Below are positions 37,246 through 48,082 of a DNA stretch of 64,000 nucleotides, one piece after another. Source of the DNA: a virus. The notes beneath the pieces were generated by a model. That model searched no databases, was not told where the DNA came from, and saw nothing but the letters and a program-made list of their open reading frames with translations. The stretch lies in the IMG/VR virus record IMGVR_UViG_3300016667_000143, one strand, 5' to 3'. Position 1 is the first letter of the stretch. Every line of letters begins with the position of its first letter. The translations under genes and the position numbers were made by a program.

Positions 37246-40200
37246 ATGGCGATCCGCGCTCAGTTATTTGACGGAACGATCCTTGAGTTTCCGGATGACA
37301 CCGATCAAACTGTCATTGACCGTGTGGCGCAAGAAGAAACTTTAGCGCGGAAACCGGCTCCTCAGCCTGTACCACCTTCCACTAAACGCACCGCAGGCGA
37401 AGCTGCTGTTGACGTTGGTGCCGGTGTTTTAACCGGGTTAGGTGGTTTAGCTCAGGCTCCCGGTCAACTTCTTCGTTTAGTTCCCGGCTTATCCGGGGTG
37501 GGCGAGGCTCTGGCCAAGCCCGGAGAATGGATTTCGGAAGCTGGTGAGAACCTTAAATCTGAAGGTTTAAAAGCCAGAGAAGCATTACGTTCTCAGGCCA
37601 TCTCTGAAGCCGAGAAAGACGGCATCATTTCGTCTTTTGTCACGGCGATCACATCCACTCTTAAAGATCCTGCCCTTATCACATCGTTTGTGGCAGAGCA
37701 GGTTCCTTTATTACTTGGCCCTGCGGGTGCTGCGAAGGTTACACAACTTCTTGGCCGTGGCGCTGTAGAAGCTGCTGGCCGTGGTTTAACTGGAGCTGCG
37801 GCAGAAGAAGCTGCCAAGGTTGCCGCTCAACAAGTTGGCCAACGGGCTACCCGGGCTGCTATCGGTACGGGCGTGGGTATGCAGGCTGCTGATGTCAGCG
37901 GCGATGCTTATCAGGATGCCTATAAGAGAGCCATTGCCCAAGGTATGACTGAGCCGGAAGCCCGGGATGCTGCGTTAAACGCCGCACGCATTGCCGGTGC
38001 TGGTGCTGGTGCGGCCAGTCTGGCAACCGCAGGTTTAATGAGCAAGATTGGCGGTTCTGCCATTGAACGCAAGCTGGCCGGTGTTCCCGGATTTACCCGC
38101 CCGGTCAGTGCATTTGGTGAAGCCACATCCGAGGGCTTAGAAGAATCTGCGGGCCAGTTGTTCAAGAATATCGGTCTTCGGCAGGTTGATCCTAATCAGT
38201 CGCTCACAGAAGGTGTGGGCGCTGCCGCAGGTCTTGGTGCGTTAGGCGGCGGGTTCTTTGGAACCATCCTTGGTGGCAAACCTCCCGAGCCTTTAGCTGC
38301 TGGGCAACGAGAAGGCGAAACCCTTGGCCAAGCTGCTACCCGTTTAAGCCGTGAGCTGGCTCATTTAGAGCAACAGATCAACCCGCCTGCTCCTGAAAAA
38401 ACTGTCGCTTCTGTCCAAGATTTGGTGGCGATGGCCAGCCAGCCTCAAGGATGGACTAGGCTCCTTCAGTATGAAGATCAGCTTAAACAGATGCCCGCCA
38501 GTCCTGAACGGGATGAGGCGATGCGTGTGGCCAAGGAACTGCGTGGCCGGTTAAGCGCAGAGGAAGTATCTCGCAAAACTCCGGAGGGTGCTGAGTATCC
38601 TCATGGTCAGGAGCTTCCTGTCGAACCTACACCTGAGTCCCCCTACCCCACCTTCACGCAGTTGGTGGAGATGGTTAACCGTAGCCCCAATGCGGAACAG
38701 GCTCTTGCAGACCTGAATGAATACGCAGATTCCATCCGGAACCTTCCGGCTTCTGCTGCGCGTGCAGCGCATTTAAAGGAAGTGGCGGAACTTCGGAACA
38801 TCATCAAAACCGAGGCTGCTGCCCGGGTTCCAAAAGGTCCGGAAAAGTTCATCCTCAAGGGCGCGGATCTGGCCAATATCGGCATCACGCGCTCAGATGT
38901 GTTGCACCATCAGCTTGCCGGGAAGAATTTAACCGATCCCGAACAGGCAGATTATGTTGTTCGCCAGCTCGAAAACGCTTTAACTCGCGCCAATCTCACG
39001 CAGGCAAAGTTTGATGCCATTTCCGGCTTGCTGGAAACCGTGGATCAAATCTTAAAAGATGTTCAAGGGAGTGGGTTCTATGCTCAACGAACTGTCACCG
39101 AACCAAGTGGAGCGGGCGCTGGAGTGGTTAGTGGAGAGGTCGGACCATCCGCCCCCAAAGGATCTACAGAGCCTAAACGAACTGGAGTGGTTCCTCCTAC
39201 GGCGTATGTTGGACCACCTGTATCTGGAGAAGAAGGCCAGCCCCCTTCAGTAGTTCCGGAAGGCGAACCTGCTCCGTATGTGGAAGGCCCAGAGCCGGGG
39301 CTAGAGGAAGTGGGTCGTCCCATCTCGGATGAGATTGCTCAACTGGAAGCCGAGGTTCGTCAAACCGAGAAACTGGGATTAAAGCCCAACCTGTTCAGCA
39401 TGCTGATCGGGAAGGTTGATCGCAATGATGTCAAAGACATCGGGACCAGTGCCGGGAAGATTGAGCTTCAGTATCGTCCGTTAGTTAAACGCGAAGGCCT
39501 TGGCAAGTCCGTTAGCGAGTTTGTTAATGACGGCACTCTCGATGATTTTCTGCCGTATGAGATGCGCCATGATGCGCCCAACTTCAATGTTCAGGATTCC
39601 ACTGAATACATCAAAGACAAGCTGCGCCAGCGTATACACATCAGCTATGAAACCGAGGAGATGCTTCATAAGCTGAACCTCGCCATCACGGACCTGATGC
39701 CGTTACTGGAAATTGAGGAAATTGAAAATGAACGCCAACGCGCCATCCGGGAAATCAACCTCAAGATCACGCAAGAACTCGATGAGCAAAGAGAGCGCGA
39801 TCAAGAAGCTGAGATCGCTGCCGCCGAAAAACCGGCTGGAGGTGTTGCAAGAACTGCTGGCCAGAAAAGGCAACCAAAACGTGCCCGTTTAACCTCTGAG
39901 CCTTTCACAATTGATGTTGAAGCTCGGGTAATCTCGGATGTTATTGAACGTAATCTTGAGGCGCTGCCTGACAAACAAATTGCCAAGCTCGAAACGGCGT
40001 ATAAGTTAGTCGCTAAAGAAGACGGCAAGTTCACGCCAGAGTTTATTGAGCGCGTTAAACAAGACATTGCTCAACTGGAAGCCGAGGGCACTAAGGCCAT
40101 CACCGAATCAATTCGGGGAGTGATTGGACCTTTGCGGGCCAAGGTCAATGCCGGAGTTAAACAACTAGGCAGAGAGCCGATCACCATCGACGTCGAAGCT

Positions 40201-43200
40201 CGCGTGGTGGAAGAAACTATTGCCCCGCAAGTCGCTGCTTTGCCCGCGCCGGATGTTGTCACCTTAGAGAATCATTACGGCGTTAAATCAGGCTCTAAAG
40301 AGTTCTTGCAAAAGGTTAAAGAGGATGTTGTTCTCTTTGCCACTAAAGGTGCCAATGCGGTTGCATCTGCCATCCGCTCAATCATTAAGACTATCCACGC
40401 CGGTGTTCTGTCGATTTCCCTGATCTTTAACCCAATCAACATTAACCCGCCCGAGGCTTATGCGGTTGTGCCCAAGGCCACGCCGCAGGTTGTGGCTCCT
40501 GATGAAACGCCGACGCAACAGTTTGTTATCGACTTAGCCAAGGTTCCGTCCAATGTTCAGGGCATGTCTGATGCGGCCCAGCAGGCTTATCAAACCCTTA
40601 TTCCGTCTTTAAACGGAAAAATCGGCGACAAGTTAATTGTTATCGCTGACAAACCCGGTGGCCGGGTGTTTGTCTTCACCGCAGATGGGACATTGGTTGC
40701 TCAAAACAAAGCACTGTTCGGGGCGGCAAAGGGTGATCTCTACAAGGGTAATGTTGATGTCCCGGCAAATCGCGTCACACCCGCCGGGTTGTTTGGTTTA
40801 AAACTGGTCGATGCTGCAAAAGGCGGAGCGGCCAAGAAGACCGCTGGTGAGTATGAGTTTGGGAAAGTTTTTGCCTTAAACGATCCCGAAGCTGTCATCA
40901 CCATCATGCACTCTGTCTGGCTAAAAGAAGCAGATGCTCCTCAACGTAAAGCTGCGTTGGCCAATCAGGACGCCGAAGATTCCCGGTATTCATTTGGTTG
41001 CATCAATGTAGACAAAGACACCTTCAAGTTTTTGTTAGACAACTATCAGGCTCAGATGGACGGGGCCAAGTTGTTTGTTGTGCCGGATAACCAAGCTCAA
41101 GTTAAAGAGTTTTTATCCGGGCAGATTGCTCAGAATGTTGGCGGAATTAAACCCGGAGAAGGTCCGGATAGGCTTGTGCGCGAGGCGGTGGAAAAGAAAA
41201 GCCTGCGTGAAGTTGCCAAGAATGTTTCGGAGGGCAAGTTCCGGGAACTTGAGAAGCGGGCTAAGACCCCTTCTGAACCAAAGCCGGAAGTGCCACAGGC
41301 TGAGTCTCCCACTGTCACCGCTCTTAAAGCTCAGAAAAAGCTCAAGGCAGATCAACTCCAAGGAATCTTGAAGAAGATTCTGGCCCAGTACGGCCTGAAG
41401 GGTGTGGAGTTAAACCTTGAAGAAGGGATGCAAGATGAAGGTTCCTACAGCGGGCAACTCATCAAGCTGGCCTTAGACAATCTTGATCCTGTCCGGGTTC
41501 TGCGCCATGAATCCATTCATGCCTTAAAGGAACTTGGCTTCTTTACCCCGCAACAATGGAAGGTGTTGACTGACCGGGCCAACAAGGAATGGATCGACAC
41601 CTACCTCAAGAACCGGAATATTGATGGCAAACCGTTAGAGCCGGGGCAGCAATCCCGTTATGACGCCTATATGGATCTCTATAAGGGAGATGCCGAGGCA
41701 GTCATGGAGGAAGCCATCGCTGATGCCTTCGGATCTTTCCGGCAAACCAAACCTCCTGCGGGGATGATGAAAGCCCTGATGGAGCGGTTAAGCAACCTGT
41801 TCAAAGCTATTAAACAAGCCATGAACATGGGCGGCTATGAAACCGCAGAGGATGTGTTTGGCGCAATTGAGAAGGGCAAGCTGAAGGGCGCTGCCCCTGT
41901 CTCTAATGCGGAAGTTAAAGCTAGTTTGCGTAATGCGCGTGTGTTTTATACAGATCGCTACATCAAGCCCGTAGTGGTTGATAACAAAACCGAAGGTTGG
42001 GATCTGATCAATCCTGTGACATTAAAAAATGGCACGCGCTTAGACGGATTTTCAGACGTTGCACAAACCACCTTTAAAGGATATGAACAAGGTCGTGTTC
42101 GCATCACGCAGCGCGTTAATACTGTGGATCCTGAAGATATTGTCTTTAGCAAAGATAGCAACCGTACAGCAGAAGCTCTAAAAAAAGCTCTTCTTGATCT
42201 CCGGCAGCAAAAAACAGATGAAGCCATACCAGTCAAGGCCAGCTTAAGAAATATCCAAACTGATTCTGCCAACTTTAAGAAGTGGTCTAGCGATGCACCA
42301 ATTATTGTAGATACCACGGATTACAAAGGTGGTCCTGCTGTATTTAAAGCATTCCACGGCACTACGCACAACGACATCACCGTGTTTGACACGGGGCGAG
42401 GATCTAAAGAAGGGGCTTTAGGTGCCGGTCCATATTTGTCTACCAGCGTTGACGATGTAAACGCGAACTATGCTGGGGTTGGACCTGATCTTACGGTGCG
42501 TATTGGCCGCGAAGTGGATCAAATATCCGACGCTTTTTATGATGACAACTTTTATGCCGGTGAAGTTTTAGAAGATTATTTTTCAGACAATGATTTAGAC
42601 ATTGAAATCACGGATGAAAACTTTGAAGAATTAAAAAATCAGTATAACGATGAAGCCATTCAACATGCTGCGACCAAAGCCGTAAAAGGCAAATCGGAAG
42701 GCTTGGTGGTTCCGGCGTATGTCCGTTTGCTGAAGCCGTTTGATATGCGCGGCAATCAAGGAACATACTTCACGATTGAATCAGAATACGATGCAGAAGG
42801 TGAGCCAATTGGCGAACCAACTGGCTCCGGCATGGATTTGATTAAAGCCATTGGATCCGTGGCTGATTCATACAACGCTGACGCTTCAGATCTTCAAAAT
42901 TACATTTTTGAAAATCAGGAAGTCACAGCCCAAGAAGTTTTTGATCGTGCCTCCAAATCCGTTGGCGATCTTTATGATGACAACGGAGAACTCATTAGTT
43001 CCGGGCAGTTTATCCAAGATGTTGCCAAAGAAATGGGCTTCGATGGCCTAATACAAAAGGCTGATGATTATTTCGGTGCCAACAGAGTTGGACCTTTTGG
43101 AATTAAACAAAAAGGCATGACCGGGGTATATAAAAACACCCTGCACATCATGCCGTTTTCTTCGGATCAAATTAAATCTTCTATTGGAAACATTGGCACG

Positions 43201-46200
43201 TTTGGTCAGGAAAAACCCACCGCCGAACAAGCTGCGCGTCTTGGCATGACGCAAGCGCAAGCTGAAAAAGCTCAAGCCAAAGGCGATATTCGTTTAAGCA
43301 TCCGCGCTCCTAAAACTCCGGAGTTCAAAACATTCTTCGGTCAGTCCAAGATTGTTGATAAAGATGGTGAACCCCGTGTGATGTACCACGGCACTGCCCG
43401 TGACATTACCGAGTTCCGTCCTCAACAGGCTGGCGCTATCTTTGTATCGCCAAATCCGGAAATCTCTGCCGGGTATGCCCAACAATCAGCAAGCTGGATG
43501 GCAGATCATGCTGACGAGTTTTTGACACCAGAGCAGCTTAAACAAACCCTTAAGGACGCTAAAGCTCTCCTCAAGGATAACGGCTACACCGCCAAACAGA
43601 TCACTGCGCTTGAGGCGGATAACAGCATCTATAAAACGGATGAGTACCGTGAAGCCGTGGGCAAGTTCATGCCGTCCGGGCCGAACATCATCCCGGTGTT
43701 TGTCAGGGCAGAGAACCCGTTTGACTACGAAGATGATAAAACCCGCAAGTTGGTGCTTCGGCAAGTTAATCAACAACGCGAAACCTCGTTTAAAGACTCT
43801 GACTTCCTTAAGACTAACAACTGGATTGCCATTGAAGATCCGGTGACGCAACAGGTTCTCCGGAACATGGGCTTTGATAGCTTTTATGTCCAAGAGAACG
43901 GCGTTAAGAATCTTGCGGTCTACAGCCCCTTGCAGATTAAATCTGCCATTGGGAATGAAGGTGGTTATTCTTTAACTAACCCGGATATTCGTAAGAGTTT
44001 GCGGGCTAAATGGTCTGATGACCGTATCAACAAATTAGTCCGTGCTTACGGGTTTAATCTTGGCGGGCGCGAAAAAGACACGAAAGCATTTGCTGCGGCT
44101 ATTAAACCCGAGGATTTTCTCAGGGCCACTGCAACCAAGGAAGAACGTCAGCGTATTGCTGAAGAAACTAAACCGTTAGACCCGGAAATGCTTGCTCAAG
44201 AAGATCAAGAGTTATATCTTGAGATTGAACCCACTGAAGAAGACGGGGTTTATCAAATTAAAAACCATGAAGGCCGTCATCGCATGACGGCTTTGATGAA
44301 TGCCGGATACGACACTCCCATCCCGGTAACATTGCGGATCAATCGTAGAAATGCTGAAACTGAACAAGAGGTATATCTCAAACCTCAAAAGTACCGTCAG
44401 GGTAATCGATTAGTGACTGCGCCTAGAGGCATTTTCGTGTCTCAAATGGTCCCAATTAGTCATGCTAGTAAAGCAGAATTGCGTGACACATTTGGCGGTG
44501 AGGCTGATATTAAATTCAGTCTTCGCACGCTCCCGTCCGTCAGCACTGATGTGTCTGATCGCGTCACACAGACGGTCATTCCCCGTATCCGCCCCGGCTT
44601 TATAGAGCGGATTCAGGACGCCTTTACTCCCACGCAATACTCCAAGTTCCGCGCTCAGTTCATTAATCGATTTGATGTGATGGCCCGCAATGACCGTGAG
44701 GCCGCACGACAAATTAAACTGATGGGCGGCACAGAGCAGCTTGCGGATGTTAAATCTGAATCTGCTGCGCTCTATGCGGATCTGGGGGGTGGTTTAGCTG
44801 CTGCTGCCTTCGGCGTGCATGACCGGCGCGGTGGTATCCCTAAATACAAGAAACGTTACCTTGTTGAAAAAGATTTCCAGCAACTTGGAGAGTATGACAA
44901 CAAGGCTGATGCAGACCGTGCTGCTCAACAAATTGGCGCACAGGTTTATGAGATTGGACACACCGTCATCACTAACGAAGGCGATGTCGAAGGTTTAATC
45001 AAGATCTATGCGCCGCTGATGGCTTATGAGCGTCCCACTGACGGCTCACCGGATGTGTGGAGTTTGTATCAGTTCTGGGCTGATGTTAAACGCGCCTCTA
45101 AATACCTTCTGAATCCGCAGACTGGTAAGTATGAAGAAAAGCTATTCGAACAAGCTGACATTGATCGAGCCGCTGAGATTGAACGAGAGTTCCCGGAGTT
45201 TGTTGAGATCCACAAGAAATGGATTAAATATAACAACGGTCTTGTAGACTTCATGCGTGACACGGGCGTGATCAGCGCAGAAGGTGCCGCTGAAATGAAG
45301 AGCCACGGCGACTACTTCCCGTTCTATCGGCATCTTGGCGAAGATGACATTCAGGGGCCTAAGCTCTTTTCCTCCATCTCCGGAGTTAAAGGTCCTAGAG
45401 CTGCGACCGGCAGTGAAGCGCCTGTCACGGACTTCTTTGAAACCATTGTCCGGAACACTCAGTCTGCCATTCAGGCTGGGATCAAGAACATTGCTGCCCG
45501 TCGCGCCACGGATCAGGCGATGAGGATCGGGCAAGTTGCACGGATGCCTAGTGTCACCACTGGCCCGGCTGCTTACCGGGTCTTGGAGAATGGCAAAGAA
45601 GTTTATTACGAAGCAAACGATCTTATGTTTGTGGAGGCTTTAAAAGCGTTAAATCAGGCAGACATCCCCGGCCTTGGATTTATTGCAAAGCCCGCTCAGT
45701 TACTTCGCACCTTGGTCACTAAAGATCCTGCATTCATGTTTGCCAACCTGATGCGGGACTCCATGTCCGCATGGCAAACCTCCGGGGTCAAGATGACTCC
45801 AATTGCTGCCACCATGAAGCAGTTCGCCACGGCATTGCGTGGAACATCTCCGGAGCTAGACGCTCTTTACAAGGCAGGTATCTTGGGAGGGTATGACTAC
45901 TCCCACGGCGTTGAACAAAGCGCCAAGAGCCTTGAAGCCGAGATGAAAAAGGAGATGAAGGTTCGTAGCACCATTCAGAAACTCACTTCCCCCATCACCT
46001 CCCTCTGGGGTGCGTTAGAGAAAGGCTCTGCTGCCTCTGATGCTGCCACCCGGATGGAGATCTACAAGAAGGTGATGGAGCAGACCGGCAACGAAGCTGA
46101 GGCTTTGTGGCAATCACTGGAGGTGATGAACTTTAACCGCAAGGGTCGCTCCCCCATCATCAGGATTTTGACGGCTGCTGTGCCGTTTATGAACGCCCGG

Positions 46201-47205
46201 ATTCAGGGTTTAGATGTTCTCTACCGTACTGGCATCAGGCCTGCACTGGCCAGTGACACCACCGATGCAGAACGCGAACGCTTTAAAACATTCTGGACTC
46301 GCGGCATGGTGATGATGGGACTGGCCACGATGTATTGGGCTATGACCCATGATGATGATGATTACAAAAAGCAGGAGCAGGAAACCCGGGATAACTATTG
46401 GTTGATCCCTTCTCTGGGCATTAAGATTCCCATCGCATTCGAGGTGGGCTTCATGTTCAAGGTTGTACCTGAGCGGATCATGCAATACGCATTCGGCTCA
46501 GACACCGGAGAAGATTTCCTTCGTTCAATGGGCAGACAGCTTCACAGCACCTTCGCCGTGGGATTCCCGCAGATCATCAATCCGATGTTGGAGGTGGGTG
46601 TAAATCACTCCTTCTTTACCGGGCGCCCGATCATCGGCCAAGGTTTAGAGGATGTTGCGCCTGAATATCAGGTTGGCCCCAACACCTCAAGGATGTCTGC
46701 TGCCATTGGTCAGAGCCTCGGAATCTCCCCGATGAAGCTGGATCATTTAATCCAAGGGTACAGCGGCACGATGGGGATGTACGCCGTGGATCTGGTCGAT
46801 TCATTTTTAGGAATGAACGCTCAGTCACCCAAGGCGTCTAAACGATTTGAGCAGATGCCGGTGATCCGCCGGTTCCTGTTAGATCCGGAAGCGCGTGGCA
46901 CGGTCACTGGCTACTATGAGTTAAAGCACAGTGTCGATGAGGCGGTACGCACCACGAACTTCTTGGAGCGTTCTCAGGACTTTGAAAACTATGGGAAGTT
47001 TGCCCGGGAAAATATCGGGCTGTTGGCTACCCGGGATTACATCAATGATCTTGAGAAGACCATGAAGCAGTTCCGGGAGATGAAGAACACCATCCGGATC
47101 TCTAGCATGGATGCGGATGCTAAACGGGATGCGCTTGTGAGTATTGGCAAGATGGAGCAACAGCTCACTGCCAACATCCAATATCTCAAGAAGCAGGCAA
47201 AATAA
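37246..47205 (+). CDS. large polyvalent protein (3319 aa): L,D-transpeptidase-like, HExxH zincin, two ART-PolyVal-like, ParB-like and LPD38-like regions
   Basis: MHSVW...RYSFGCINV (40909-41010); LRHESIHAL (41500-41526); FHGTT and MYHGT domains each ending QIKS.IGN; HEGRHRMTAL (44266-44295); FNRKG...PFMNARIQGLD...YWLIP C-terminal block. Confidence 0.8.
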   Translation: MAIRAQLFDGTILEFPDDTDQTVIDRVAQEETLARKPAPQPVPPSTKRTAGEAAVDVGAGVLTGLGGLAQAPGQLLRLVPGLSGVGEALAKPGEWISEAGENLKSEGLKAREALRSQAISEAEKDGIISSFVTAITSTLKDPALITSFVAEQVPLLLGPAGAAKVTQLLGRGAVEAAGRGLTGAAAEEAAKVAAQQVGQRATRAAIGTGVGMQAADVSGDAYQDAYKRAIAQGMTEPEARDAALNAARIAGAGAGAASLATAGLMSKIGGSAIERKLAGVPGFTRPVSAFGEATSEGLEESAGQLFKNIGLRQVDPNQSLTEGVGAAAGLGALGGGFFGTILGGKPPEPLAAGQREGETLGQAATRLSRELAHLEQQINPPAPEKTVASVQDLVAMASQPQGWTRLLQYEDQLKQMPASPERDEAMRVAKELRGRLSAEEVSRKTPEGAEYPHGQELPVEPTPESPYPTFTQLVEMVNRSPNAEQALADLNEYADSIRNLPASAARAAHLKEVAELRNIIKTEAAARVPKGPEKFILKGADLANIGITRSDVLHHQLAGKNLTDPEQADYVVRQLENALTRANLTQAKFDAISGLLETVDQILKDVQGSGFYAQRTVTEPSGAGAGVVSGEVGPSAPKGSTEPKRTGVVPPTAYVGPPVSGEEGQPPSVVPEGEPAPYVEGPEPGLEEVGRPISDEIAQLEAEVRQTEKLGLKPNLFSMLIGKVDRNDVKDIGTSAGKIELQYRPLVKREGLGKSVSEFVNDGTLDDFLPYEMRHDAPNFNVQDSTEYIKDKLRQRIHISYETEEMLHKLNLAITDLMPLLEIEEIENERQRAIREINLKITQELDEQRERDQEAEIAAAEKPAGGVARTAGQKRQPKRARLTSEPFTIDVEARVISDVIERNLEALPDKQIAKLETAYKLVAKEDGKFTPEFIERVKQDIAQLEAEGTKAITESIRGVIGPLRAKVNAGVKQLGREPITIDVEARVVEETIAPQVAALPAPDVVTLENHYGVKSGSKEFLQKVKEDVVLFATKGANAVASAIRSIIKTIHAGVLSISLIFNPININPPEAYAVVPKATPQVVAPDETPTQQFVIDLAKVPSNVQGMSDAAQQAYQTLIPSLNGKIGDKLIVIADKPGGRVFVFTADGTLVAQNKALFGAAKGDLYKGNVDVPANRVTPAGLFGLKLVDAAKGGAAKKTAGEYEFGKVFALNDPEAVITIMHSVWLKEADAPQRKAALANQDAEDSRYSFGCINVDKDTFKFLLDNYQAQMDGAKLFVVPDNQAQVKEFLSGQIAQNVGGIKPGEGPDRLVREAVEKKSLREVAKNVSEGKFRELEKRAKTPSEPKPEVPQAESPTVTALKAQKKLKADQLQGILKKILAQYGLKGVELNLEEGMQDEGSYSGQLIKLALDNLDPVRVLRHESIHALKELGFFTPQQWKVLTDRANKEWIDTYLKNRNIDGKPLEPGQQSRYDAYMDLYKGDAEAVMEEAIADAFGSFRQTKPPAGMMKALMERLSNLFKAIKQAMNMGGYETAEDVFGAIEKGKLKGAAPVSNAEVKASLRNARVFYTDRYIKPVVVDNKTEGWDLINPVTLKNGTRLDGFSDVAQTTFKGYEQGRVRITQRVNTVDPEDIVFSKDSNRTAEALKKALLDLRQQKTDEAIPVKASLRNIQTDSANFKKWSSDAPIIVDTTDYKGGPAVFKAFHGTTHNDITVFDTGRGSKEGALGAGPYLSTSVDDVNANYAGVGPDLTVRIGREVDQISDAFYDDNFYAGEVLEDYFSDNDLDIEITDENFEELKNQYNDEAIQHAATKAVKGKSEGLVVPAYVRLLKPFDMRGNQGTYFTIESEYDAEGEPIGEPTGSGMDLIKAIGSVADSYNADASDLQNYIFENQEVTAQEVFDRASKSVGDLYDDNGELISSGQFIQDVAKEMGFDGLIQKADDYFGANRVGPFGIKQKGMTGVYKNTLHIMPFSSDQIKSSIGNIGTFGQEKPTAEQAARLGMTQAQAEKAQAKGDIRLSIRAPKTPEFKTFFGQSKIVDKDGEPRVMYHGTARDITEFRPQQAGAIFVSPNPEISAGYAQQSASWMADHADEFLTPEQLKQTLKDAKALLKDNGYTAKQITALEADNSIYKTDEYREAVGKFMPSGPNIIPVFVRAENPFDYEDDKTRKLVLRQVNQQRETSFKDSDFLKTNNWIAIEDPVTQQVLRNMGFDSFYVQENGVKNLAVYSPLQIKSAIGNEGGYSLTNPDIRKSLRAKWSDDRINKLVRAYGFNLGGREKDTKAFAAAIKPEDFLRATATKEERQRIAEETKPLDPEMLAQEDQELYLEIEPTEEDGVYQIKNHEGRHRMTALMNAGYDTPIPVTLRINRRNAETEQEVYLKPQKYRQGNRLVTAPRGIFVSQMVPISHASKAELRDTFGGEADIKFSLRTLPSVSTDVSDRVTQTVIPRIRPGFIERIQDAFTPTQYSKFRAQFINRFDVMARNDREAARQIKLMGGTEQLADVKSESAALYADLGGGLAAAAFGVHDRRGGIPKYKKRYLVEKDFQQLGEYDNKADADRAAQQIGAQVYEIGHTVITNEGDVEGLIKIYAPLMAYERPTDGSPDVWSLYQFWADVKRASKYLLNPQTGKYEEKLFEQADIDRAAEIEREFPEFVEIHKKWIKYNNGLVDFMRDTGVISAEGAAEMKSHGDYFPFYRHLGEDDIQGPKLFSSISGVKGPRAATGSEAPVTDFFETIVRNTQSAIQAGIKNIAARRATDQAMRIGQVARMPSVTTGPAAYRVLENGKEVYYEANDLMFVEALKALNQADIPGLGFIAKPAQLLRTLVTKDPAFMFANLMRDSMSAWQTSGVKMTPIAATMKQFATALRGTSPELDALYKAGILGGYDYSHGVEQSAKSLEAEMKKEMKVRSTIQKLTSPITSLWGALEKGSAASDAATRMEIYKKVMEQTGNEAEALWQSLEVMNFNRKGRSPIIRILTAAVPFMNARIQGLDVLYRTGIRPALASDTTDAERERFKTFWTRGMVMMGLATMYWAMTHDDDDYKKQEQETRDNYWLIPSLGIKIPIAFEVGFMFKVVPERIMQYAFGSDTGEDFLRSMGRQLHSTFAVGFPQIINPMLEVGVNHSFFTGRPIIGQGLEDVAPEYQVGPNTSRMSAAIGQSLGISPMKLDHLIQGYSGTMGMYAVDLVDSFLGMNAQSPKASKRFEQMPVIRRFLLDPEARGTVTGYYELKHSVDEAVRTTNFLERSQDFENYGKFARENIGLLATRDYINDLEKTMKQFREMKNTIRISSMDADAKRDALVSIGKMEQQLTANIQYLKKQAK

Positions 47206-47476
47206 AGTTGTTGTCGAAGAGCCAGCCCACGGTTTTCCTGTGGGCCTCTTCCCACATGTTTACACGCTCTTCACGGCTTAGAGATGCACCCTGATCGAGA
47301 TCAGCATGACATCTATAACAAAGAGCAGCAATACGATAGTCATGGGCTTTAATCCCCCTGCCTTTGCCGTCACGGAGTTGATTGCTGTGTGCAGCAACCA
47401 CGGTGCCATCTCTGACACCGCAGTGCTGACACGGAGACTGCCTGACAAGCTCTAACAACTTCTTGTTGCGGTACAT
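47186..47476 (-). CDS. Zn-binding HNH-like protein (YbcO/DUF1364-like)
   Basis: PCQHCG...VVAAHSNQ...GKGRGIK..D...AALCYRCHADLD. Confidence 0.75.
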   Translation of the reverse strand: MYRNKKLLELVRQSPCQHCGVRDGTVVAAHSNQLRDGKGRGIKAHDYRIAALCYRCHADLDQGASLSREERVNMWEEAHRKTVGWLFDNNFILPAS

Positions 47477-47751
47477 CAGAAGTCCATCTCTTTAAACTCT
47501 TTCAGCTTCTGGATGTAATGCAAACATTTCTCCGCATCCGGAGAATCTTTCTTCCCCTGCCGCATGCCGTACTTGATGATATTTCCTTTCAAGTACCCAA
47601 TGAACTCCACGCGACTTAATGCGGCTTCCATCACCGTCCACGGCTGTACGCCCATCTCTTTGTAATGGGTGCCACCTGCCTGAATTTCGTCGGCAGGCAT
47701 AGCTTCCATGTCATTCAGCGTTTTCATGTTTAGACCTTCCGTATAATTCAC
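47476..47751 (-). CDS. DUF3310-like protein
   Basis: Q.GGTHY...QPW...FIGYLKGNIIKY..R.GKK. Confidence 0.8.
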   Translation of the reverse strand: MNYTEGLNMKTLNDMEAMPADEIQAGGTHYKEMGVQPWTVMEAALSRVEFIGYLKGNIIKYGMRQGKKDSPDAEKCLHYIQKLKEFKEMDF

Positions 47752-48067
47752 TGCGCCACATCATCACCACCGGCATGTGATTGTGTTTTTGTTTTGGCTC
47801 AACCCTAGCGATGGGGGAGATCCATCCTAATAGTTGCAGAGCTTTAACCCCGGACACCCAAACATTCGGGTGCAGCTCTTTAGGACGGTACAAGCTATTA
47901 GCACGGCAGTGTTCACGGAACTCATCGCCAAGAACCGTGGGTTTAGACGTAAGAAGCAGGTCTGCCAACTCCAGATATTTTTCTACAAACTCCGGAGCGG
48001 CGGCATAGGCTTTGCCCCAGCATCGCTGTGCAAGTTCGTATGCGTTTTGCATTCTGTCGTTTACCAC
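47711..48067 (-). CDS. hypothetical protein
   Basis: In-line ORF of the minus-strand operon. Confidence 0.6.
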   Translation of the reverse strand: MVNDRMQNAYELAQRCWGKAYAAAPEFVEKYLELADLLLTSKPTVLGDEFREHCRANSLYRPKELHPNVWVSGVKALQLLGWISPIARVEPKQKHNHMPVVMMWRSELYGRSKHENAE

Positions 48068-48082
48068 GGCGCATCTCCTTGT

